Program-made: the position numbers and the translations under genes
The notes under the pieces: generated by a model
Told to the model about the DNA's origin: nothing
Database searches by the model: none
What the model saw: the letters and a program-made list of their open reading frames with translations, nothing else
Origin: Pseudobutyrivibrio sp. UBA3626
GTDB taxonomy: Bacteria; Bacillota; Clostridia; Lachnospirales; Lachnospiraceae
Direction of reading: 5' to 3'
Assembly (NCBI GenBank): GCA_002373675.1
Contig: DFLF01000002.1
Location: forward strand, 65,984-129,983
DNA: 64,000 bases
Shown: piece by piece, positions 36,602 to 46,518 of the stretch
Position numbering within the stretch: position 1 is the stretch's first letter
Layout: the number at the start of each line of letters is the position of its first letter

Positions 36602-38212
36602 ATGAGAACAAAAAATTCATTTATTAATTTCCTTGCCAACACAGGAAGCTATACAATTAACTTAATATTGTCTTTTGTTACGAGAACAATATTCATACAT
36701 GTGTTCTCGGCGGCATATCTTGGTATCAACGGAGTATTTGGTAATATTTTGTCAGTGCTCTCACTTTCAGAACTTGGAATCGGTGTTGCTATGAATTATT
36801 TCCTGTATACACCTATTGCAAGCGAAGATGAGAAGACTATAAGACAGTTTATGAATCTGTATAGGGTTATGTACACTGTTGTAGGTGGATTTGTAGGAAT
36901 TGCCGGACTTTGTCTTATACCTTTTTTGGATTTCTTTTTGAAGGATCAGCCTGATATTCCGGGAATAACATTTATCTATATCTTATATCTTGCCAATACT
37001 GTTGTCTCCTATATGTGGGGATATAAGAGGGCGATAATAGACGGTCATCAGAAGAGCTATATAGGTACATTTTACAATACGGTATTTACAACAACGCAAT
37101 TTATCTTACAGATTATTGTATTGCTTGTATTTGAGAATTTCATATTGTATCTTGTAATTCAGATTGGATGTAGCATTATAACCAATTTTGTGGTCGCAAG
37201 GAAAGCCAACAAAATGTATCCGTATATAACGACGGACAGAAATGACTATCCCCCTAAGGAAGTCAGAAGAAAGGTATTCAAGAATGTTGGCGCTATGTCC
37301 ATTCATAAGCTTGGTGATGTAGTAGTAAACAATACGGATAATTTAATAATGTCCACCGCTGTGGGAGTTACCATTGTTGGAATGCTTTCTAATTATCAGA
37401 TGATACAGGCAAGTATTATTACAGCACTTAACGGATTGTTTGGTGCATTTACAGCAAGTATTGGAAATCTTACTGTAGAAGAGGATGATGAAAGTGTTTT
37501 TAGGGTTTACAAGACACTACAGTTCTTATGCTTTTGGCTATATAGCTTCTGCTCAGTGGGATTTATGGTGGTATTTACTCCTTTTATGGAGGCCTGGGCA
37601 TGGGTTGCCGGTAAGCCGTCAGAAGAGCTGGTGATTCCGTTAGTTATGCTACTCGTATTTACTGCGAACTTCTATATGGGAGGTATGAGGCGTGTTATTC
37701 TCACATTCAGGGACGCAATGGGGCTATATTGGTATGACAGATATAAGCCGATATTTGAAGTTATTATTAACCTTGTAGTGTCAATTGTTCTTGTTGTTAA
37801 GATTGGTGCCATAGGAGTTATGATAGGTACTTTGGTAAGCACAATGACGACATGCTTTTGGGTGGAGCCGCTTGTTACATATAAGTATGGATTCCATAGA
37901 AAGGTAAGACATTATTTTGGATTGTTTACAAAATACACTTTAACAACTATAGTTGTGGGTGGATTAACATATTATCTGTGCCACTTTATTGATGTTGGAG
38001 GTATATTGGAAGTGGTACTTAAGATTATAGCATGTACTGTGATATATAATGGAATCATACTGCTTTTATATGGTCGAACAAAGGAGTTTAAGATACTGTG
38101 GGAAGAGACCATGAAACTACTCAAGGGTTGGTACAACCGTAAATTTAAAAATAAAGGTAATAATGAAGACACAGAAAACGTAGAAGCAAGTGAGACAGAA
38201 GATAAGGAGTAA
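36602..38212 (+). CDS. Polysaccharide/oligosaccharide flippase (MOP superfamily, Wzx-like)
   Basis: 536-aa ORF with about 12-14 TM helices. The N-terminus NSFINFLANTGSYTINLILSFVTRTIF is typical of PST-type flippases. Confidence 0.75.
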   Translation: MRTKNSFINFLANTGSYTINLILSFVTRTIFIHVFSAAYLGINGVFGNILSVLSLSELGIGVAMNYFLYTPIASEDEKTIRQFMNLYRVMYTVVGGFVGIAGLCLIPFLDFFLKDQPDIPGITFIYILYLANTVVSYMWGYKRAIIDGHQKSYIGTFYNTVFTTTQFILQIIVLLVFENFILYLVIQIGCSIITNFVVARKANKMYPYITTDRNDYPPKEVRRKVFKNVGAMSIHKLGDVVVNNTDNLIMSTAVGVTIVGMLSNYQMIQASIITALNGLFGAFTASIGNLTVEEDDESVFRVYKTLQFLCFWLYSFCSVGFMVVFTPFMEAWAWVAGKPSEELVIPLVMLLVFTANFYMGGMRRVILTFRDAMGLYWYDRYKPIFEVIINLVVSIVLVVKIGAIGVMIGTLVSTMTTCFWVEPLVTYKYGFHRKVRHYFGLFTKYTLTTIVVGGLTYYLCHFIDVGGILEVVLKIIACTVIYNGIILLLYGRTKEFKILWEETMKLLKGWYNRKFKNKGNNEDTENVEASETEDKE

Positions 38213-38216
38213 CATT

Positions 38217-40103
38217 ATGGTAATTCAAAAAATTTTATTTCCAAGAGAAGAAGTGTGTAATGAATGGGAGATGTTTTTTCACAGCAAAGAGATTAAGAAA
38301 GCATGTCCTGTAAAGATAACGACGAGAAGATTTGAAAGACCGGAGGGGGCGCTTCTTCAGAAGAGAAATAAGCTATATGATAAGCGCTATAAGAAAGGAG
38401 CATTTACTATTCCAAAGGGTGACAAGGTATCCTTTCAGTCTTACTTTAACGCTTTTTCAATAGAAAAATGGAGAAAGTATACATTTATTGAAGATTTAAC
38501 ATTGCATCTTCAACTAGAAGGCAATGTTAAGATTAAAGCATTTAATGCTGTCGGTAATGCTTATCACGAGGGTGAACCAACAGATGATACTAAGGATAGA
38601 TACTATTTCAAAAAGGCAGTGCGTAGAGAGATTGATGTTAATGTCACAAAGTGCGAAGATGGTGTTAATGTCGAATTTCCAAATTTAGACTATAAAGGAA
38701 TAATTTATATTAAAATCGAAGCTCTAGAAGATGTTACATTCTATGGCGGCGAATATATTACTAGTACTGCAAAGCAAAATGATGTTAATCTTGCCCTGTG
38801 TATATGTACATTTAAGAGAGAAGAGTTCGTTACAAGAAATGTTAATCAGGTGATTAATGGTATTATTAACAATTCTAAGTCTGTTATGAAAGACAATGTA
38901 GAGGTGTTTGTGTCAGACAATGGTCAGACTTTGCCGAATGATACCTTCAAGTGTGATAAGGTGCACTTATATCCTAATAGAAATGTAGGTGGAGCAGGTG
39001 GATTTACACGTGATATGATTGAGGCTGTGTTATATCGAAAGAATCATAACCTTAGTCATGTAATACTTATGGATGACGATATAGTATTAGATTCAGAAGT
39101 TCTAGAGAGAACTTTCCTCTTCCTCAAATATTTAAGGCAGGATTATTCGAAGGCAATGATAGGTGGAGAATTGTTTGAATTAGATAGAAGATATCTTCAA
39201 TTCGAAGCAGGTGCTGCTTATAGACAGGTAGTAATTCAGTCCTATAATCAGATATGGGATATGAGAAATCCCGATGCAGTTGCGGCTAATGAAGTTGAGA
39301 ATCCAATGAATTTCAACGGTTGGTGGTATTGCTGTATTCCTGTGAGTTATGTAAGAGAGGATAATCTTCCACTTCCTGTATTTATTCATAGAGATGATGT
39401 GGAATATGGTATGAGAAATGAAGAGAATGGAACAATTCTTCTTAATGGAATTAGTGTATGGCATCCCCAGGGACCAGGCAAAGCATCTACAGCTATGAAT
39501 TATTATGATGTAAGAAATGACCTTATCTGTATGTGTGATAAAAAAGATGCGCCAAGTGCCACAGAAGTTATGAATCATATTACAAGAGGTGTAATTGGTA
39601 ATATGTTAAGATACAGATATCAGGTTATAGACTGCATATTCTATGCCTTGAAGGATTATTATAAAGGGCCTGATTACTTTATGCGACTTGATCCCATAGA
39701 GAATCACAAGGAACTTGCACGTTTTAACTACGAATTTACCGAGCCTAAGGGTATAGATTTATCTAAGATGAAGGATGAGAAGGCAAAAGATTTGCCTAAT
39801 GATATATATCTTAAATCCGCACTGTGCTGGTTGCTTCCATCAAGAGATTATACAAGAATATGCTCTCTAGAGGATGTAGGACTAGCATATAGAGCCAGAC
39901 ATGTATATCTATATGACGAGAATCGTAAAGCAGGATTTATGACAACTAAAAGTTATAAAGAAGCATTTAGAATATTTAAGAACTATATTAAGGTGATGCT
40001 GCTTATTGCACTTAAGCATGAACGTGTGACAAGACAGTGGGCTGATAGAAAGAAGGAGTATACATCACTTTCTTTCTGGGAGAAATATCTGGAGTTAAAG
40101 TAA
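38217..40103 (+). CDS. GlfT2-like bifunctional galactofuranosyltransferase homologue (N-terminal beta-sandwich, GT-A and C-terminal helical domains)
   Basis: Motif series along the whole length: VSFQSYFNAFSIEKWRKYT, NVGGAGGFTRDM, ILMDDDIVLD, NGWWYCCIP, LPLPVFIHRDDVEYGMR, VWHP and DYYKGPDYF. ATG 38217 has an AAGGAG Shine-Dalgarno. The ORF-track start at 38190 overlaps the flippase. Confidence 0.75.
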   Translation: MVIQKILFPREEVCNEWEMFFHSKEIKKACPVKITTRRFERPEGALLQKRNKLYDKRYKKGAFTIPKGDKVSFQSYFNAFSIEKWRKYTFIEDLTLHLQLEGNVKIKAFNAVGNAYHEGEPTDDTKDRYYFKKAVRREIDVNVTKCEDGVNVEFPNLDYKGIIYIKIEALEDVTFYGGEYITSTAKQNDVNLALCICTFKREEFVTRNVNQVINGIINNSKSVMKDNVEVFVSDNGQTLPNDTFKCDKVHLYPNRNVGGAGGFTRDMIEAVLYRKNHNLSHVILMDDDIVLDSEVLERTFLFLKYLRQDYSKAMIGGELFELDRRYLQFEAGAAYRQVVIQSYNQIWDMRNPDAVAANEVENPMNFNGWWYCCIPVSYVREDNLPLPVFIHRDDVEYGMRNEENGTILLNGISVWHPQGPGKASTAMNYYDVRNDLICMCDKKDAPSATEVMNHITRGVIGNMLRYRYQVIDCIFYALKDYYKGPDYFMRLDPIENHKELARFNYEFTEPKGIDLSKMKDEKAKDLPNDIYLKSALCWLLPSRDYTRICSLEDVGLAYRARHVYLYDENRKAGFMTTKSYKEAFRIFKNYIKVMLLIALKHERVTRQWADRKKEYTSLSFWEKYLELK

Positions 40104-40107
40104 GTTA

Positions 40108-41688
40108 ATGATAATACAGAAACTTTTAGCACCAAGTAATAACTTAAAATCTCTCTATATTAAGGAACTTGATGAGTTAAAACGATGGAAGGATGCAATT
40201 GATGAATGTAATGCTAATATTACATTCCCAATAAGCCTTAATAAAGGGGATATTATATCTTTTGAAACTTATATTAATGCCTTTCCTATAGAGAAGTGGT
40301 ATAGCTATACAAAGGCAAAAAATGTTCAAATTGTTATAAGAACTTCAGAAAAGGTAAATATTCAAGTATATAACTCCACGGGAGTATATGAAAGGGATAG
40401 CAATAATAGGTTTTCTGGAAAAAGAAAGATTGATACAGATATTAAGTGTATAGAATATGATGAGTACAAAGAATATACCATAAATTTAAAAGAGAAGAAT
40501 CTCTCTGGTGTTATATATCCCATAATAGAAGCTATGACAGATTGTGTGCTGTTGGGCGGAGAGTACACTTCAGGTACGCCTGAAGGCGCATCTAAATGCA
40601 GAATATGTTATATAGTCAGTTATAATAGAGATGCCAATACTACAAGAAGTAATATAAATGCCATTATAAACAATCCTTTATATGATGGAGAGCACATTGT
40701 TGTATGTGATATGACAGGAGAATTATCTAGTGATGTTTTCATAGATAATTCACATGAATGTAGTAAAATAATTCAAATTCCTACATCTAAGAATCCAGGG
40801 GATAGCTATAACGCTGCAATTTCCTATATTAATAGTGAGGCTGGTGAAGAATATACACATGGGATTGTAGTTGATTCTACAGTGCTTGTTGATGAAATAA
40901 TACTTGATAGATTGGTTTCATTTATCTCTCTTCTCGATGATGTAAGGTCTGACATGATAATTCAGGGAGATTTAATAAAAGATAATTATTTACTAGATTC
41001 TTCTGGGTACATTATTAAGGATAATAAGCCAGATGTCAGATATAATAATTTTGATTTGAGAGAGCCTTCGGATTTTATAATATCAAGTACGTGTGAAGAG
41101 ATTGATTTCTTTAAGTTTGGAGTTCTATGCCTGCCACTTAAATGCTTTAAGGCTTTTAATCAAGATTTGAGAACTAATGTAGAGTTATACTGTTATCTCC
41201 ATAATGATAATCTAAAAGTAACTAATTTGAATGGCTTTTTTGGAAGATTATGCAATAAAGAATCAAGGCGAATTATATGGGATTATTATTATAAATATAG
41301 AGATTACTATATTGCTATTGTAGATAGTGAATTTGAATTAGATAAAACGGAATATAGATTGTTTGTTGAGAAAGAAGTGAAGACTCAGCGAAAAAAGGGT
41401 AATATTGAAGCGGCATTTGCTATAATAGAAGCAGCGAATGATTTTCTTAACGGACCAGAAGGATTAGATGACGAGTATTGTCTTGAAGAAATAAATGAAA
41501 GATTAATATATTTATCTGGAAGATTTAACGATAGTGTTACAGGAAGAAAAAATGTGATTAGAGATAGAATAGAACTTAGAAAGAATTATGACAAGTTATG
41601 TCTGAAAATTGACCATAGTTATGATATGATTATGGAGAAATGGACAGAACATAAGAGGAAGGTAGACAATGAACGAGAACAACAATAA
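40108..41688 (+). CDS. GlfT2-like paralogue with degenerate catalytic motifs (probable pseudo-glycosyltransferase)
   Basis: It shares MIIQKLL, ISFETYINAFPIEKWYSYT, GVIYPIIEA...LLGGEYTS and DFLNGPEG with the preceding gene. GGAGGF is replaced by GDSYN, DDD by VDS, and RDDVEY by RTNVEL. Confidence 0.65.
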   Translation: MIIQKLLAPSNNLKSLYIKELDELKRWKDAIDECNANITFPISLNKGDIISFETYINAFPIEKWYSYTKAKNVQIVIRTSEKVNIQVYNSTGVYERDSNNRFSGKRKIDTDIKCIEYDEYKEYTINLKEKNLSGVIYPIIEAMTDCVLLGGEYTSGTPEGASKCRICYIVSYNRDANTTRSNINAIINNPLYDGEHIVVCDMTGELSSDVFIDNSHECSKIIQIPTSKNPGDSYNAAISYINSEAGEEYTHGIVVDSTVLVDEIILDRLVSFISLLDDVRSDMIIQGDLIKDNYLLDSSGYIIKDNKPDVRYNNFDLREPSDFIISSTCEEIDFFKFGVLCLPLKCFKAFNQDLRTNVELYCYLHNDNLKVTNLNGFFGRLCNKESRRIIWDYYYKYRDYYIAIVDSEFELDKTEYRLFVEKEVKTQRKKGNIEAAFAIIEAANDFLNGPEGLDDEYCLEEINERLIYLSGRFNDSVTGRKNVIRDRIELRKNYDKLCLKIDHSYDMIMEKWTEHKRKVDNEREQQ

Positions 41689-43654
41689 TAATGGACCTGG
41701 AAATAATAACAACAATAAGAATAATAACAGAACTCCAATATATGCATTTATAGTATTTGCTTTAATTGCGCTTTTTGTCACAAGCCTTATTTATACAAGA
41801 ACCGGTTCTTCTTCTAAAGAAGAAATCTCATATACTCAATTTGTGAATCTGGTTGAGTCAGATCAGGTTAAGGAAGCGGAATTTGAGGATGATAAGATTA
41901 ATATTACATTAAAAGATGACGCGACTTTTGAAGGTTCTGATGATATGAAGAAAACTCAGGACTACTATAAAGAGAAGACAGGAAAGAAACTGGATGTAAA
42001 ATACTATACAGTATATGTCAAAGACGATCAGTTGGTGGCAGATCTTAAGGCTCATGGAGTAGATATTAAAGGAAAAGCTCAAAGCTCTACAGCCAGTATA
42101 ATTCTTAATATATTAAGCTGGATTATTCCAATTGTCTTGATATGGGTGCTTATGAGTTTCGCCATGAAGAAGATGGGAGGCTCAGGAGCATTTGGAGTTG
42201 GAAAGAGCAATGCCAAGGTATATGTTGAGAAGAGTACAGGTGTGACTTTCAAAGACGTGGCTGGACAGGATGAGGCAAAGGAGTCCCTTGAGGAAGTTGT
42301 CGACTTTCTGCACAATCCTAAGAAGTATACAGATATCGGAGCTAAGCTGCCTAAGGGTGCACTCCTTGTAGGACCACCTGGTACTGGTAAGACATTACTT
42401 GCTAAGGCTGTAGCCGGTGAAGCCGGTGTGCCATTTTTCTCTCTTGCCGGTTCTGATTTCGTGGAAATGTTCGTTGGTGTTGGAGCATCGCGTGTAAGGG
42501 ATTTGTTCAAAGAAGCAAATAAGTCGGCACCATGTATAATATTTATTGATGAGATTGATGCTATAGGTAAGAGCCGTGATAGTAGATATGGCGGTGGTAA
42601 TGATGAGCGTGAACAAACATTAAACCAGCTTCTGGCTGAAATGGATGGATTTGATTCATCGAAAGGTCTTCTTATATTGGCAGCAACTAATAGACCGGAA
42701 GTTCTAGATAAAGCCCTTCTAAGACCAGGTCGTTTCGATAGAAGAATTATTGTTGACAGACCAGACTTAAAAGGAAGGCTAGAGACACTTAAGGTTCACT
42801 CACACGACGTTAATCTTGATGAGACGGTAGATCTTGATGCCATAGCACTTGCTTCAGCAGGTCTTGTGGGCTCTGACCTTGCTAATATTATTAATGAGGC
42901 TGCGATTATTGCTGTTAAGAATAATAGAAATAGCGTAAATCAACAGGATTTATTTGAAGCATTTGAGCTTGTTGCAGTTGGCGGTAAAGAGAAGAAAGAC
43001 AGGGTAATGAGTGATAAGGAGAGAAAGATAGTCTCTTATCATGAAGTAGGACATGCTTTGATATCTGCCTTACAGAAGGATTCTGAACCTGTCCAGAAGA
43101 TTACTATTGTGCCACGTACAATGGGGGCACTTGGCTATACTCTTCAGACGCCTGAAGAAGAGAAATTCTTACAGACTAAGGATGAGCTTATTGCTAAGAT
43201 TAAGACATTTATGGGTGGCAGAGCTGCAGAAGAGCTGATTTTCAATACCGTAACAAGTGGTGCTGCAAATGATATTGAGCAGGCTACATCAATAGCGCGT
43301 AATATGGTTATGAGATTTGGAATGTCAGAGACATTCGGTATGATGGGCCTTGCTACAGTAGAAAGCCAATATCTTGAAGGAAGAGCGTCATTAAATTGTG
43401 GTGACAAAACAGCATCTGAGATTGATGATGAAGTTAATAGATTGATTAATGGACTATATAAAGATGCTCTAAAGACCCTTGAGGATAATAAAGAGATTCT
43501 TGATAATATATCGGAATATCTCTATGAGAATGAGACTATTACCGGTAAAGAATTTATGAAGAGATTCCATAAGCTTAAAGGAATTGAAGACGTAGAAGAC
43601 AATGAAGAGATTTTTGAAGAAGACGAATTCTTTGTAGATGATGAAGATGAATAG
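41669..43654 (+). CDS. ftsH: ATP-dependent zinc metalloprotease FtsH
   Basis: Walker A GPPGTGKT, Walker B IIFIDEID, SRH region TNRPEVLDKALLRPGRFDR, and zinc motif HEVGHAL. The N-terminus is Asn-rich. Confidence 0.95.
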   Translation: MNENNNNNGPGNNNNNKNNNRTPIYAFIVFALIALFVTSLIYTRTGSSSKEEISYTQFVNLVESDQVKEAEFEDDKINITLKDDATFEGSDDMKKTQDYYKEKTGKKLDVKYYTVYVKDDQLVADLKAHGVDIKGKAQSSTASIILNILSWIIPIVLIWVLMSFAMKKMGGSGAFGVGKSNAKVYVEKSTGVTFKDVAGQDEAKESLEEVVDFLHNPKKYTDIGAKLPKGALLVGPPGTGKTLLAKAVAGEAGVPFFSLAGSDFVEMFVGVGASRVRDLFKEANKSAPCIIFIDEIDAIGKSRDSRYGGGNDEREQTLNQLLAEMDGFDSSKGLLILAATNRPEVLDKALLRPGRFDRRIIVDRPDLKGRLETLKVHSHDVNLDETVDLDAIALASAGLVGSDLANIINEAAIIAVKNNRNSVNQQDLFEAFELVAVGGKEKKDRVMSDKERKIVSYHEVGHALISALQKDSEPVQKITIVPRTMGALGYTLQTPEEEKFLQTKDELIAKIKTFMGGRAAEELIFNTVTSGAANDIEQATSIARNMVMRFGMSETFGMMGLATVESQYLEGRASLNCGDKTASEIDDEVNRLINGLYKDALKTLEDNKEILDNISEYLYENETITGKEFMKRFHKLKGIEDVEDNEEIFEEDEFFVDDEDE

Positions 43655-45527
43655 AGATTTTAGTGATGATTTGAGTAAGCTCCCGGACAAACCGGGAGTT
43701 TATCTTATGCAGGATGAAAAAGATACAATTATATATGTTGGAAAAGCAATTTCTCTTCGAAACAGAGTAAGACAATATTTTAGAAAAAGTCATAACGAGG
43801 GTGTCAGGAAAGATAAGTTAGTAGAGAATATAGCTCGTTTTGATTATATTGTTACTGATTCAGAGTTAGAAGCTCTTGTACTTGAATGTAACTTAATCAA
43901 AGAACACAGACCTAAGTACAATACGCTTCTTAGGGATGATAAGACCTATCCATTTATTAAGGTTACACTTAATGAGAAATATCCCAGAATTCTTATGACT
44001 AGAGAACTCAAGAATGATAAATCCAAGTATTTTGGACCTTTTACATCAGCTTATTCTGTTAAGGATACAATAACATTTCTTCGTAAAGTATATAAGATTA
44101 GAACTTGTAATAATCTTAATGTGTCAAGGCCATGCCTTGATTATCATATTAATCAGTGTCTGGGTGTATGTACCTGTGATGATTATTATGACGAATATAT
44201 GGAAAATGTTAATAAGGCGATTGAGTTTCTTAAGGGAAATCATAAGAAGACAATGGATATGTTGACCTCGAAGATGAACAAAGCATCAGAAGAACTTGAT
44301 TTTGAAAAAGCTGCTGAATATCGTGACCTCATGGAATCAATCAGTAATTGTATTGAGAGGCAGAAGATAACAAGTTCGGACAATGAAGATGTAGATGTTA
44401 TCTCAATGTATGTAGAGGATAATGAGGCTGTTATATATATTCTCTTTATTAGAGGAGGTAAGCTTCTTGGAAGAGACCATTTTTATTTTAATCTGGAAAA
44501 TGTTGATTTGGAAGAAAGCCTTATATCAACATTTATAAAACAATTCTATGATGGAGCATTGTTTATTCCAAAGGAAATATATGTTGATGAAGAGCTTGAC
44601 AACTTAATACTCCTTGAGGAGTACGTAAATGAAATAAATCACAATAATGTCTTTGATGATGATATCAACGAACTTAAACCAGGCTCTCATAATAGAAAAA
44701 TACAAATTCTTACTCCTAAGATTGGCAAGAAGAAGCATTTGCTTGATATGGCAAGAGAAAATGCCAAAATGACTCTTGAGAATAATAGGGAGAGAATGAA
44801 GCGTGAAATGGGAAGGACTATTGGCGCCCTACGTGAGATTAGTGACTTGCTTGGAATTGGCAAGATAGACAGAATGGAGGCGTATGATATATCTAATATA
44901 AGTGGGTATGATTCTGTTGGTTCAATGGTTGTATTTGAAGGTGGCAAGCCAAAAAAGAATGACTATCGTAAATTCAGAATTAAGACTATTGAAGGGCCTA
45001 ATGATTATGGCTCTATGAAAGAAGTTCTTACAAGACGCTTTGAAAGGGCTGGTATTGAAAAACAGGAAGGGAATGTAGTAAGTGGATTTGGTAAGCTTCC
45101 TGATCTTCTTATGATGGACGGAGGACTTGGTCAGGTTAATATCGCACTAGAAGTTCTTGGCGAACTTGGACTTGATATACCTGTTTGTGGAATGGTGAAA
45201 GACGATCATCATAACACAAGGGGTCTAATATACAATGGAAGAGAAATAAATATAGATACGTCTTCTGAAGGATTTAAATTAATTACAAGACTTCAAGACG
45301 AAGCTCATAGATTCGCCATCTCATATCACAAGAGCCTTCGTAGTAAAGGTATGGTTCATTCCATTCTAGATGATATAGAAGGAATCGGTCCTAAGAGAAG
45401 AAAGGCAATAATGAAACATTTCAAAGATTTGGAAAGTATCAGGGAGGCTAAGATAGAAGAGTTAGAAGAGGTTGAAGGATTAGATAAAAAAAGTGCAAAG
45501 AGTGTATATGATTTCTTTCATAAATAA
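43638..45527 (+). CDS. uvrC: Excinuclease ABC subunit UvrC
   Basis: GIY-YIG N-terminus is PGVYLMQDEKDTIIYVGKA. A UVR domain, an endonuclease V-like domain and a C-terminal (HhH)2 (IEGIGPKRRKAIMKHF) follow. The start is ambiguous among ATGs 43638, 43641 and 43647. Confidence 0.92.
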   Translation: MMKMNRDFSDDLSKLPDKPGVYLMQDEKDTIIYVGKAISLRNRVRQYFRKSHNEGVRKDKLVENIARFDYIVTDSELEALVLECNLIKEHRPKYNTLLRDDKTYPFIKVTLNEKYPRILMTRELKNDKSKYFGPFTSAYSVKDTITFLRKVYKIRTCNNLNVSRPCLDYHINQCLGVCTCDDYYDEYMENVNKAIEFLKGNHKKTMDMLTSKMNKASEELDFEKAAEYRDLMESISNCIERQKITSSDNEDVDVISMYVEDNEAVIYILFIRGGKLLGRDHFYFNLENVDLEESLISTFIKQFYDGALFIPKEIYVDEELDNLILLEEYVNEINHNNVFDDDINELKPGSHNRKIQILTPKIGKKKHLLDMARENAKMTLENNRERMKREMGRTIGALREISDLLGIGKIDRMEAYDISNISGYDSVGSMVVFEGGKPKKNDYRKFRIKTIEGPNDYGSMKEVLTRRFERAGIEKQEGNVVSGFGKLPDLLMMDGGLGQVNIALEVLGELGLDIPVCGMVKDDHHNTRGLIYNGREINIDTSSEGFKLITRLQDEAHRFAISYHKSLRSKGMVHSILDDIEGIGPKRRKAIMKHFKDLESIREAKIEELEEVEGLDKKSAKSVYDFFHK

Positions 45528-45578
45528 GTTGTGGTAAAATTGTTATATTGTAATGGATAGATGATTGGAGGTAGAAGT

Positions 45579-46514
45579 ATGAATATTGGGGCAAATCTGG
45601 CAACGATAACAAGTAAGTTAGAACTTAGAAATTATACTGAGTCTATAGATTTGAACACTAAGACTGTCTATATACCGGATGTTAATAGACCTGCACTTCA
45701 GCTTAATGGTTTCTATGAACATTTCGAGGCTAATAGGATTCAGCTTATTGGAATGGTTGAACATTCATATCTAGAACAGATAGATATGAAGACTAGAAAT
45801 GAGCAGTATGATAAGTTGCTTTCCTATCCAATACCAGCAGTTATTTTTTGTAGAAATTTCGAACCGGAGCCATATTTCTTAGAGACAGCCAATAAGAATG
45901 GAGTGCCTGTTCTTGGAACGGATAGAAATACTTCGGAGTTTATGGCAGAGCTTATTAATACACTAAGCCTGGAACTTGCGCCGTCAACTGGACTTCACGG
46001 AGTCCTTGTAGATGTATATGGTGAAGGGCTTCTTATAACTGGAGAAAGCGGAATTGGTAAGTCGGAAGCTGCGCTTGAACTTATAAGAAGAGGACATCGT
46101 CTGGTAGCTGATGATACAGTTGAGATAAAAAGAACAAACCAGAATACGCTTCTTGGATGCGCGCCGGCAACAACAAAATATCTTATAGAACTTAGAGGAA
46201 TTGGTATCATTGATGTTAAGAGTTTATATGGAGTTGAATGCGTTAAAGAATTGCAAAGAATTGATCTTGTAATCAAATTAGAAGACTGGAAGAAGGGCGC
46301 TGAGTACGATAGACTTGGACTTCAGGACGAATATATGGATATATTAGATGTTCCTGTAGTGTGTCACTCCCTTCCAATCAGACCAGGTCGTAATCTTGCT
46401 GTTATATGTGAGACTGCAGCGGTTAACCATAGACAGAAGAAAATGGGTTATAATGCGGCAGAAGAATTATACAGAAGAGTGCAGGAAAATATTAAAAATC
46501 ATCAAGGAGAATAG
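45579..46514 (+). CDS. hprK: HPr kinase/phosphorylase
   Basis: P-loop GESGIGKSE, then RGHRLVADD and LRGIGIIDV. A GGAGG Shine-Dalgarno lies 7 nt before ATG 45579. Confidence 0.9.
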   Translation: MNIGANLATITSKLELRNYTESIDLNTKTVYIPDVNRPALQLNGFYEHFEANRIQLIGMVEHSYLEQIDMKTRNEQYDKLLSYPIPAVIFCRNFEPEPYFLETANKNGVPVLGTDRNTSEFMAELINTLSLELAPSTGLHGVLVDVYGEGLLITGESGIGKSEAALELIRRGHRLVADDTVEIKRTNQNTLLGCAPATTKYLIELRGIGIIDVKSLYGVECVKELQRIDLVIKLEDWKKGAEYDRLGLQDEYMDILDVPVVCHSLPIRPGRNLAVICETAAVNHRQKKMGYNAAEELYRRVQENIKNHQGE

Positions 46515-46518
46515 AAAA

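Noticed and set aside
38190-38216. Upstream start of the GlfT2-like gene, overlapping the flippase gene.
   Set aside because: ATG 38217 is preceded by AAGGAG at the proper spacing. It yields MVIQKIL, which is parallel to the paralogue's MIIQKLL.
41672-41735. AAT/AAC-rich stretch at the 5' end of ftsH (MNENNNNNGPGNNNNNKNNN) as a phase-variable simple-sequence repeat.
   Set aside because: The run is not a pure homopolymer or perfect microsatellite. Any slippage in units of 3 would stay in frame. Asn-rich N-termini of FtsH are common in AT-rich Firmicutes.
46396-46518. 41-codon N-terminal extension of the aminopeptidase ORF, overlapping hprK by 119 nt.
   Set aside because: The internal ATG at 46519 gives the typical aminopeptidase N-terminus (MERENAWKKY) just after the hprK stop. 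The extension has no Shine-Dalgarno and its frame lies inside hprK.
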